Notes under the pieces: model-generated
Told to the model about the DNA's origin: nothing
What the model saw: the letters and a program-made list of their open reading frames with translations, nothing else
The model's database searches: none
In this document: piece after piece, positions 40,333 through 48,505 of the stretch
Numbering within the stretch: position 1 is the first letter of the stretch
Layout of the letters: the number at the start of each line of letters is the position of its first letter
Program-made: the position numbers and the translations under genes
Assembly: GCA_049512075.1 (NCBI GenBank)
Contig: JBEKXL010000009.1
Coordinates: forward strand, 27,967 to 91,966
Source of the DNA: Candidatus Bathyarchaeia archaeon
Lineage (GTDB): Archaea > Thermoproteota > Bathyarchaeia > Bathyarchaeales > Bathycorpusculaceae
Direction of reading: 5' to 3'
Length of the DNA: 64,000 nucleotides

Positions 40333-40418
40333 AGGAGGAATGCTGGCAGCAGGTAGGCTTTAGGTAGCCAGCCACAAAGCGTCTTTCATGAGTGTTAAGT
40401 TATTTGTGGTGAAGTAAC

Positions 40419-40992
40419 CTACTTTCTTTCGCCCCATTGTCTCTTCGTGATATTTGATTTTAAGATGGTATGATACTCAGGTCGATTGGCAAATTTTGGA
40501 TTGGGGATGATTTGCTCTTCCAATTCAATAAGGTCGATATTAAGTCCCTTCACGTTCTTAGCTCGTAATGCCTCTTCATATGCAGGCTTACTGAAGGAAA
40601 AGGCAACAAATAGTCCTTCCTTTGATTTCTGTTTTTCAATGGTTGTTTCAAATCGTTCAATTTCGGAATACCCTATGCCTTCCGAACCTTTGATTTGAAT
40701 GGGAATTGTACTCATAATCCATCCGTCTACGTTACCATCCGCTCTTGGTCCCGCTCCCTTTGGGGTTGTGGAAACCGCACCTAATTTTTCGCACACCCAA
40801 TTCTGGAACTCAATCGGGTCCAAGTCTATCATCTTCTTGATTTCATTAATGCGTCTCGGTAAATCAATTATGTCATCAATGCTAGTCTTGACATTTTGTC
40901 TCTGTAGCCTTTTTACCATAATTTTGCAGGCGGTAGGGGAAATGTCGATACCCCCCCATTTTCTAATTTGAGTATTAGCTGCCACAAGAGCG
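40419..40992 (-). pseudogene. 5'-truncated DNA methyltransferase / Mrr-like endonuclease fusion
   Basis: LVAA..RKWGGIDISP (end of an N6/N4-MTase), then FQNWV..DGNVDG..IQIK (Mrr-type nuclease motif); cut at GCGCGCGC 40993. Confidence 0.75.
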
Positions 40993-41002
40993 GCGCGCGC
41001 TA

Positions 41003-41148
41003 GCGTGTTCCTAAATTCCCTTTTTTGGGCGTGACGAGTTGGTTAATGTCCTGCAGACGATACTTCTCGCGTCAATAGTCACACGGTCATCCTCGAACCA
41101 AGCGAGCCTGTAACAAAAACCAGCTCGCGAATGAATTTAGGAACAGGC
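41003..41148. mobile_element. MITE-like element, copy 2
   Basis: GCGTGTTCCTAAATTC (41003-41018) / GAATTTAGGAACAGGC (41133-41148), 15/16 complementary. Confidence 0.65.
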
Positions 41149-41303
41149 ATGCGCGCTATTTTGCAATAAATTATGCATGATCTGACTACTATGATAGGCG
41201 CTTTCTTCGCTCTCTGGATTCAACACAAATAACTTAACAGTATCCAGTGTCCGTACTCCATATAAGATTCAAGTGGACCTAATTCTCGTTGAGGAGCGGC
41301 TTC

Positions 41304-41813
41304 ATGGGCGAAAGCGAGCCTTCGGAGGTTGAGGATTATCGTAAGCGGTTGGAAACTGCAGCGAGTTACGGTGAGGTCTGGGAGATCGTGAAGGGCACCG
41401 TGGAATTCGCTTTGCACAAACGCAGGAGCGGTATCATGCTTTTCTTGGACGATTTGCCTATTCAATTAGGGGCTTATCATCCCGTGGGTACGAACAACAT
41501 CGTTTTGAATCGTGTTTTGGTCCAGATAGTCGAGGCCGCGGTTGGGTCCAAACGCGTGGTAAACGCTCTGGTTTACAATCTGTTGGTACATGAATATCTG
41601 CACGCGCTAGGCGAATTCTCTGAAGTGGCTGTTAGAAACTTGGTGGTCGAGGTTGCTCGGAAATGCTTCGGCGAGGACTACATTGTCACGCAAGTTGCAG
41701 TGAAAAGCCCTTGGTCTTTGCTTAAAGGAATACCCCTAGAAGGTGTCAGTGTCCCGAAGCGATTCATGGAAATTGTTAAGGACTTTGAAAAGACGGACAA
41801 ATATGTTGTGTGA
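41304..41813 (+). CDS. Conserved archaeal HExxH zinc-metallopeptidase-like protein
   Basis: LGAYHPVGTNNIVLN, LVHEYLHALG. Confidence 0.75.
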   Translation: MGESEPSEVEDYRKRLETAASYGEVWEIVKGTVEFALHKRRSGIMLFLDDLPIQLGAYHPVGTNNIVLNRVLVQIVEAAVGSKRVVNALVYNLLVHEYLHALGEFSEVAVRNLVVEVARKCFGEDYIVTQVAVKSPWSLLKGIPLEGVSVPKRFMEIVKDFEKTDKYVV

Positions 41814-41998
41814 AGCAATTCTCAACAATTTGAACCATTAGCACGCAGGATCGCAAAGCTGTCCTACAAGAAAAGAAAATTGTCGGGTTTCTAACTTTGA
41901 GAATTCAAGCAAGAACACGAATCGAGTTCCATGCGATGGTGCCCTGAGCCAAAGACCAACAAGAATTTCACGTGATCATGCGGAAGCTCCTGAGGAAA

Positions 41999-43000
41999 TC
42001 ACTTCACTTTTTCAAATCGAATTATGTAAACGAGTTGATCGTCGTCCCATTGTCCATTAGTTTCCTTCCATTTCTTCTTAAACTGGGTGAGCGTGCAACC
42101 ACCTTCTCTCTTGGCATCTTCTTCATTGAAATATTTCAGCTTCTTTCTTTCCACGGAAGTGATGTGCAAGTCCGCAATGTGCGGTTCCCAGATTGCTGCA
42201 TGAACCAATGCTCCAATCTTGACTTTTGGATCAGGCACTTCTGTCATGGAAGTCTGAGTTTTTGTGCCATCGATAATGCTTTTCTTGTCTTCTGTATTGA
42301 AGTGCAAGGTACAAGGTGATTCAGCTACTTCTTCGATTACTTCGTCAACAGATTTTTCCGGTTCCAGCAGGACTCTCTCGATGACTTGACTTCTATCTTT
42401 GACAGGGAGTCGTTTTTCCGCAAGCTTCTTTATGACCTCAACCCGCTTTTCAGGGTCTTGGATTGATCTTCCGACTCTGACGGCAGTTTGGTAATCGATT
42501 TTTCCCTCGGGCACCTCCCCAGAAATTGTTGCGGGAGCAATGTAGCTTTGTGCTTCTTCTGGAACGACTTCAGCCGTTCGCAACCATGTGGAAACAGCTT
42601 CAGGACTCACGCCGATCTTCTCAGCTACCGCCCTTTGTGAAGGATACTTGACTGGGCATTCTTCGAGCAAATACTTGCATACCTTTCCCTTTTCGATTGC
42701 GCTGAGTTCTTCTCTCTGCACGTTTTCTATTAGGTTCAGTTGCACAACCTCATCGTCGGTGTATTCCCGCACGACTGCGGGCACCTTTTCAAGACCGGCC
42801 TGCTGGGAAGCCCTGTAACGTCTCTCACCCAACACGACCTCAAACTCTCCATTTACGGGTCTGACAATTATCGGTTCAAGGAGGCCAACCTCCCTAATGC
42901 TGGCAGCCAGTTCATTGAGGCGCTCTATGTTGACTTCCAGCCTAGGGTTAAGTTTGCTTGGGCGAATTTGTCTGATGTCAATTTCTCTGAAAGTTTCCAT
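41999..43000 (-). CDS. ParB/Spo0J N-terminal domain fused to a C-terminal ASCH domain
   Basis: GLLEPIIVRP, GERRYRA, ENVQREEL, HTH; C-terminal IIDGTKTQT..EDAKREG..VYIIRF. Confidence 0.85.
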   Translation of the reverse strand: METFREIDIRQIRPSKLNPRLEVNIERLNELAASIREVGLLEPIIVRPVNGEFEVVLGERRYRASQQAGLEKVPAVVREYTDDEVVQLNLIENVQREELSAIEKGKVCKYLLEECPVKYPSQRAVAEKIGVSPEAVSTWLRTAEVVPEEAQSYIAPATISGEVPEGKIDYQTAVRVGRSIQDPEKRVEVIKKLAEKRLPVKDRSQVIERVLLEPEKSVDEVIEEVAESPCTLHFNTEDKKSIIDGTKTQTSMTEVPDPKVKIGALVHAAIWEPHIADLHITSVERKKLKYFNEEDAKREGGCTLTQFKKKWKETNGQWDDDQLVYIIRFEKVK

Positions 43001-43235
43001 TACGGTCCTCCGTCTTGACCGTTTAATCAGTGATTTTTCTATTTAAGAATTGCAGGTGCATATTTGACCAGCGTTCATGGGGCACAGAGGAATCTTGTAT
43101 CCATTCTTGCTTTTTGCGTGTGTTATTCTGCAGTACAGTGGGGAAGTTGGCAAGACTGTGTGTTGAGGAGGGAGGATTGGCAAACTATATGAGGATACGC
43201 ATTCTCATGTTTCTGTTAGCCGAGGCCTGAGGCTT

Positions 43236-44309
43236 TTGACTCAGCCCAAGTATGCAATAACGTGGAAGACCCTGATTCTGATACCGATAGGGCTCATAGC
43301 CTTTCTTGCGTACATATATATTTTCAGGGTTGACATCCAAGATATTGTTGCAAATGTTCAGGGCATCAACCTTGACTTCTACGCGTTGGCTACGGTAGCA
43401 GCTGTGCTCGACACGTTGTTTTTCACTTTTGCCTGGCATTCGTTGCTCAGATTTCTTAAGGTGAAAGTCTCGCTGTTCAAGTCGTTTCTTTTCGTGTGGA
43501 TTGGAATATTCATTGACGGCCTGATCCCTGCGGAATCAGTGAGCGGAGAAGTCGCCAAGATCTACTTGGTGAACAAGGAGCATGATGGGACTGCAGGGGC
43601 AGCTACAGCTTCAGTCGTTGCGCAGAGGCTGATTGGCATGGGCTTAAACGTTACAACCTTATTGGTGGGCGCCTTCCTGCTGTTGGTTGAGAGCTTGCTC
43701 TACGGCATCATGCTTGCCCTGATATTGTTTTTGGTTGCTGTGACATTCGTTTTTCTTGCCCTAATCCTCCTCTTGTGGGTCAAACAGAACTGGACCTTTA
43801 GACTCGTTGGTGCAGTAACAGGGTTTGTTGAGCGTGTAAGTAGGGGCCGCTGGAAGTTGTCAAGGCTTAGAGAAGAATTGGTTGAAGTCGCTAGGTCTTT
43901 TCACTCGGCAATGAGGGACTATGCGCACGCTCCGAAGACGTTGCTGACAGCTTCCGTTTTTTCGACGGCATCGTGGGCGTTCAGTCTAGCTGTGTTCTTT
44001 CTTACGTTTCTGGCCATCCCGAATGCAAAAATAAGCTGGAGTGCAATATTGGTTACCTCTGCGATTTTCGTAGCTGTAAAATCTGTACCTGTGGGTGTTC
44101 CGTTTGAAGTTGGCCTGCCAGAAATAGCCCTTTCATCGCTTTTGATGATTTTCGGTGTTCCAAGAGAAATCAGTTTCACCGCGACGATCCTGATAAGACT
44201 TCCAACATTTTGGTTAAGGTTCTTCGTAGGCTTTGGAGCCGAGCAGTGGCTTGGGATAAAAGCCTTTATGACGAGAACAAAAGGCCAGACTGAGCTTCCC
44301 AGGAACTGA
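43236..44309 (+). CDS. Flippase-like membrane protein (UPF0104 / LPG synthase TM family)
   Basis: Multi-TM; IPAESVSGE, P..VGLPE, ATILIR. Confidence 0.85.
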   Translation: MTQPKYAITWKTLILIPIGLIAFLAYIYIFRVDIQDIVANVQGINLDFYALATVAAVLDTLFFTFAWHSLLRFLKVKVSLFKSFLFVWIGIFIDGLIPAESVSGEVAKIYLVNKEHDGTAGAATASVVAQRLIGMGLNVTTLLVGAFLLLVESLLYGIMLALILFLVAVTFVFLALILLLWVKQNWTFRLVGAVTGFVERVSRGRWKLSRLREELVEVARSFHSAMRDYAHAPKTLLTASVFSTASWAFSLAVFFLTFLAIPNAKISWSAILVTSAIFVAVKSVPVGVPFEVGLPEIALSSLLMIFGVPREISFTATILIRLPTFWLRFFVGFGAEQWLGIKAFMTRTKGQTELPRN

Positions 44310-44348
44310 AAAGCCTAAATTTCACGCTTTTCCTTAATTTAGAAGGAT

Positions 44349-44807
44349 GTGCTCATGACTGTAACCGTGCAAGACGCATCAGTGAAGTGCCTGGAAAGGC
44401 TGTACGAAATCGAAAAAGAATGCTTCGTAGAAGAAGCTTTCACGAAGAAGCAGATTGCTCTGCTTCTGACAGATTACAATTCAATAAGCTTGACTGCCAG
44501 CGAAAACGAGGAGATTGTCGGATTCATCGTGGGCATGGTATATCCTGACGGAAAAGCAGTCAACGGCCATATACTCACAATAGACGTTTCACCTTCGTAT
44601 CGTCGGAAAGGTATCGGACAAATGCTTCTACAGGAAATGGAGAGCATCTTCCTCCAGAAGGGCGTTCAAGCCTGTCTTCTCGAGGTGAGGGAAGGCAACG
44701 CCATAGCCATAAGCCTCTACCACAAATTGGGGTACGAAGAGATCGGGAGGCTTGAAAACTACTATGGAAACGCTCACGGGATATACTTGAAGAAGATCCT
44801 AGCTTAG
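44349..44807 (+). CDS. rimI: RimI-like GNAT N-acetyltransferase
   Basis: HILTIDVSPSYRRKGIG, LEVREGN, LYHKLGY, NYY. Confidence 0.88.
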   Translation: MLMTVTVQDASVKCLERLYEIEKECFVEEAFTKKQIALLLTDYNSISLTASENEEIVGFIVGMVYPDGKAVNGHILTIDVSPSYRRKGIGQMLLQEMESIFLQKGVQACLLEVREGNAIAISLYHKLGYEEIGRLENYYGNAHGIYLKKILA

Positions 44808-45227
44808 TTTCCAAAGCTTCAACTTCGTTTTCTCATCATAAACTCTCTGAGCCTCCACACCGGCAGCTTCAACCATGATCAACTCGGCTGTTGCACCAAC
44901 TTCTGAACCTTTCATCAGATGGCCCCCGAAGGCCTCCCCTTTCTCGTTCGAAACAACAACATGCGCATGAATCACAACTTCGCCTTTCTCGTCAACAGCA
45001 ACATTACCAGTGCATGATGCTACCTCCAAAGGGCCTTCCAAACGAGTTGTCTCGTACTTACCGTCCTTGTAGTATCCAAGCGCTGCATGCTTCACGCTTC
45101 CGATGAGAATAAAAAACCCAGCCCGAATTCTGCCTGTCTCAGCTCTATTCTTTATAGATTCAAGTAAGTCTTCACCTTCAAGCAACCGCGAGAAAACCGT
45201 TTTTCCAGCTTTTCCCATCAATATCAT
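44799..45227 (-). CDS. PPC/DUF296 domain protein
   Basis: RLLEGEDL, IGSV, LEVASCTGN, HAHVVVS, FGGHL. Confidence 0.9.
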   Translation of the reverse strand: MILMGKAGKTVFSRLLEGEDLLESIKNRAETGRIRAGFFILIGSVKHAALGYYKDGKYETTRLEGPLEVASCTGNVAVDEKGEVVIHAHVVVSNEKGEAFGGHLMKGSEVGATAELIMVEAAGVEAQRVYDEKTKLKLWKLS

Positions 45228-45322
45228 TTCATCTTCCCCTTTTCACAGCAATTCAAGGCTTATTGGTTTCGAGCACAAACCCTAATAACTTTTCCCACGT
45301 ATGTTATTGTCGTGGAGAAGCT

Positions 45323-45586
45323 TTGAACGGAAAGAAAAACGGTGACACTCAGAGGCTTATCAAAGCTATCGTGGTGCTGATCCGCAACACCACGTGGAGA
45401 TGTGGAAAACTCGAAAGGCTGATAGTGAACAACCTCTACAGGAGGAACGTCAATTTCGGAGGTCCAGGAATGCCTGTGACAGAAATGATACAAACCTTCA
45501 AGCTGACTGGCAAGAAGAGAAACGAGTTCTTGGACGCTATAAGAAGACTGGAAAGAAGGAACATTGTAAGAGTTTTGATGATTTAG
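45323..45586 (+). CDS. Small wHTH-like hypothetical protein
   Basis: EFLDAIRRLERRNIV; TTG start after GGAG. Confidence 0.55.
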   Translation: MNGKKNGDTQRLIKAIVVLIRNTTWRCGKLERLIVNNLYRRNVNFGGPGMPVTEMIQTFKLTGKKRNEFLDAIRRLERRNIVRVLMI

Positions 45587-45607
45587 AGACTCGGCTGAGG
45601 TGCCTTC

Positions 45608-46138
45608 CTAGGGTTTCTGTCCGATTTCCTTTGCGCTTTCAATCCATTTGTCGGTGATTTTCGGTGAGATGTTCAGTTTTGCGGCCAAGTCTTTTGCTGA
45701 CGCTTTTGCTAGGTCTTCAACGCTGGTTATTCCCAGAGCTCTGATTTGTGCGGCCCGTTTTTCTCCGATTCCCTTGACGTCAGTGAGTCTCCCTATTGGA
45801 GATTGAAGCGGCTGAACGGCGGGTTTGGCCTCCTCCAATTTCACCACGTTCGTAACTATCGGCTGTGAGGGCGCGGTAGTGACTTCCGGCGCTTGTTGTT
45901 GCTGTTCCTGCTGTCGTTGGGGCTGAGAAGGTGGAGGTGGAAGAACGCTAGTTGTCACTGGCGGGGCTACTGCTGGTCTGGGCCTTTGAGTGTAGCCGAG
46001 TCCGATGAACGCGATGCCTATCACAACGGTTGTAACGACCCAAACTTGCTGTTGTTGTTCGGACGAGTAGACGGCTGCTGCGAGTGTTACGATGAAGAAT
46101 ACTATTGCAACTGCGTACGATACATAATCTAGTCGCAT
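45608..46138 (-). CDS. Membrane-anchored helix-hairpin-helix protein (DUF4332-like)
   Basis: 2 TM, Pro/Gln linker, LTDVKGIGEKRA..GITSVEDLA. Confidence 0.8.
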   Translation of the reverse strand: MRLDYVSYAVAIVFFIVTLAAAVYSSEQQQQVWVVTTVVIGIAFIGLGYTQRPRPAVAPPVTTSVLPPPPSQPQRQQEQQQQAPEVTTAPSQPIVTNVVKLEEAKPAVQPLQSPIGRLTDVKGIGEKRAAQIRALGITSVEDLAKASAKDLAAKLNISPKITDKWIESAKEIGQKP

Positions 46139-46251
46139 GTTGTTTTTCTCCCCTCTCTATGTTCTGTGGAAGTGTTTAAATAATTTTCTGAATTCTAAAC
46201 GTAAAAAAGGGAGAATTTGGCATGTTTGCTGCTATGATCTTATTTCTTTCG

Positions 46252-47634
46252 CTACTTTAGTAGTTTGTCTTCTGGGGGCATTGGTTTGATTAAGCCATGT
46301 TTCATCAGAACTTTGACTGATTCCCGTGCGTTTTGAATTATCGCTGTGGCTTTGTCGTAGAGTTCCTTCCTGCTCGGTTTGATCCTTGCAACTCCTTCGT
46401 CTATGGACTTCAACGCACATGCTACTGCTTCACGTGGGAAAACTTCCCATTCTTCCATTCTGGGCAGGATGTCTTCTTCGTGCATTCCGCGTTCTTCCGC
46501 GAATTTCGCCAGTTCTTGGGCTGCTGCGATGCACATGTCATCCGTTACGGTTTTTGCTCTGACATCCAATACTCCTCTGAATATGGCTGGAAATCCAAGG
46601 CTGTTGTTAACTTGGTTAGGAAAGTCGCTTCTGCCTGTGGCTATGATGCGAGCGCCGGCTTCCTTCGCCTCCCATGGCCATATTTCAGGTATCGGGTTTG
46701 CACACGCAAAGATTATGGAATCGTCGGCCATCGTTTTTATCCATTCCTTCTTTATTGTGTCTGGTCCCGGCTTTGATGCTGCCACGACAGCATCTACGCC
46801 TTTGAAGGCCTCAGCTATCGTGCCTTTTCTGCCCTCTGCATTTGTCTTCTGAGCTAACTCAAATTTCCACGGGTCTTCGTCCTTTGTGATGTCTTTTCTT
46901 CCAGGGTAGACGGTGCCCTTGGTGTCTACCATGATTATGTTTCCGGGCTTGATTCCCCATCTTATTAGGACATACGCAGTTCTCAGGTTCGCTGAACCCG
47001 CGCCGATCAAGGTTATCAACGCTTTCTTTGGGTCTTTACCCACGATTTTGAAGGAGTTCATCAGTCCTGCAAGAATCACGGTAGCGGTTCCCTGCTGGTC
47101 ATCATGCCAGACTGGAATCTGAAGGCGTTCTCTGGCTTTTTCGAGGACGTAAAAGCATTTTGGTTTTTCTATGTCTTCTAGGTTTATTCCTCCGAAAGTC
47201 GGCTGGATAAGCTCGCATGTTCTGATGATCTCTTCCTGGTTCTTGGTTTTCAAGCAGATTGGAAAAGCGTCAACACCGCCTAGGTATTTGAACAGTAGGG
47301 CTTTTCCCTCCATGACGGGCAGCCCTGCTTCAGGCCCTATGTCGCCTAGGCCGAGCACACGGGTTCCGTCTGATACGACAGCCACGTAGTTCCAACGATT
47401 TGTAAGTTCAAATGACTTGTCCGCGTTCGCTTGAATTTCCTTGCATGCAGCGGCTACGCCCGGAGTGTACCATATTGCAAAATCGGCGGGGCTTGACACT
47501 GCGCATTTGGGCATTATCTGCACTTTTCCTTCATAGAATCTGTGCAAGGGCGGTGACAGCATTGAGGGTTTCTTTGCCTTTGCCAGTAACTCTTCCACTG
47601 TAGGTTTTCTTTCTTCCTTCTTGGTTTGAGACAT
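46252..47634 (-). CDS. NAD(P)-dependent malic enzyme
   Basis: YTPGVA, DGTRVLGLG, MEGKALLFK, INLEDI, HDDQQGT, ANPIPEI, TGRSDFPNQVNN. Confidence 0.95.
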   Translation of the reverse strand: MSQTKKEERKPTVEELLAKAKKPSMLSPPLHRFYEGKVQIMPKCAVSSPADFAIWYTPGVAAACKEIQANADKSFELTNRWNYVAVVSDGTRVLGLGDIGPEAGLPVMEGKALLFKYLGGVDAFPICLKTKNQEEIIRTCELIQPTFGGINLEDIEKPKCFYVLEKARERLQIPVWHDDQQGTATVILAGLMNSFKIVGKDPKKALITLIGAGSANLRTAYVLIRWGIKPGNIIMVDTKGTVYPGRKDITKDEDPWKFELAQKTNAEGRKGTIAEAFKGVDAVVAASKPGPDTIKKEWIKTMADDSIIFACANPIPEIWPWEAKEAGARIIATGRSDFPNQVNNSLGFPAIFRGVLDVRAKTVTDDMCIAAAQELAKFAEERGMHEEDILPRMEEWEVFPREAVACALKSIDEGVARIKPSRKELYDKATAIIQNARESVKVLMKHGLIKPMPPEDKLLK

Positions 47635-47809
47635 CATAATCTTCTCCTTTGAAGAAGCGGTTGATGTTTCGAGACATAGACCTTTAAATGTTACGGTGGG
47701 CTTGCATGAAAATGCACAGTGGCAATTGCCCTTCAATCTCTCTATTAGACAAAAAGAAAATCAAGAAAAATGAAGCTGGAAAGGTATTAAGACAAGCTGT
47801 TCTGTGTGT

Positions 47810-48328
47810 CTAATATCTTCTTTGTCTGTAGCCGCCGCCTCTTCTGTCCCTGTCGCGCCCGCCGCCGTATCCTCCTCTTCCGCCACCGCCACCGCCGAAG
47901 CCTCTTCCACCGCCGCCTCCGAACGATCTTCTAGGCTGTTCATACACCTTGCTTGACACGTTGTTTTCAGTGTTAACTTCACCTGCGATTGCTTGCTCCG
48001 CAACTTCCAGAGTGCCATATCTGCCGACGTTTAAGCGCATGTTGCCTCTGAACAGGTTTATGTAGCCGTTCTTGACGTTCACGGTGTCTCCTTCCTTCAC
48101 TTTTTCAATGTTGTCATCCCATAGAGTCAGGTAGATGCAGCCTGTTTCGTCGCCTACTAGAGCATCGCTCACTTTGTGGGCTTCGCCATCTCTTCCGGCT
48201 GTGATGTTTCTGACTTCGCTCTTGGATACAATTTTTGCCAAGACGTTCACAGCTCGAGACGAGGGACTTAGTTCGCCAACTTTAGCGTCTACAGGTTGTC
48301 TGTTTCCAGTAAAACCTTCAACTGCCAA
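47810..48328 (-). CDS. ssb: Single-stranded DNA-binding protein (single OB fold with Gly/Arg tail)
   Basis: VGDETG.I.LTLW, LNVGRYG, RGG-rich C-terminus. Confidence 0.9.
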   Translation of the reverse strand: MAVEGFTGNRQPVDAKVGELSPSSRAVNVLAKIVSKSEVRNITAGRDGEAHKVSDALVGDETGCIYLTLWDDNIEKVKEGDTVNVKNGYINLFRGNMRLNVGRYGTLEVAEQAIAGEVNTENNVSSKVYEQPRRSFGGGGGRGFGGGGGGRGGYGGGRDRDRRGGGYRQRRY

Positions 48329-48505
48329 TCTTCTTCAACACCTTGCATGTTTAACGATTCAACCATAACATTATGAACACACTTAAGGCTTTTGGTGGGG
48401 GCTGTTTTACCTCTAAGCGCTACATGCTCACGTTAAAGCGCGCGTGCAGTCGATCCGTCCACCGTTGTCATGCCAGTCAAGCAATACGGACGACACTGCC
48501 CATAG

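Larger units (their letters stand above)
39114..40394 (+). mobile_element. IS110-family insertion sequence with sub-terminal inverted repeats
   Basis: ATGAAAGACGC (39121-39131) / GCGTCTTTCAT (40379-40389); TG core at 39114-39115 and 40393-40394; DEDD transposase. Confidence 0.9.

Noticed and set aside
47830-47920. GCC/CCG-rich repeat tract
   Set aside because: It encodes the Gly/Arg tail of SSB.
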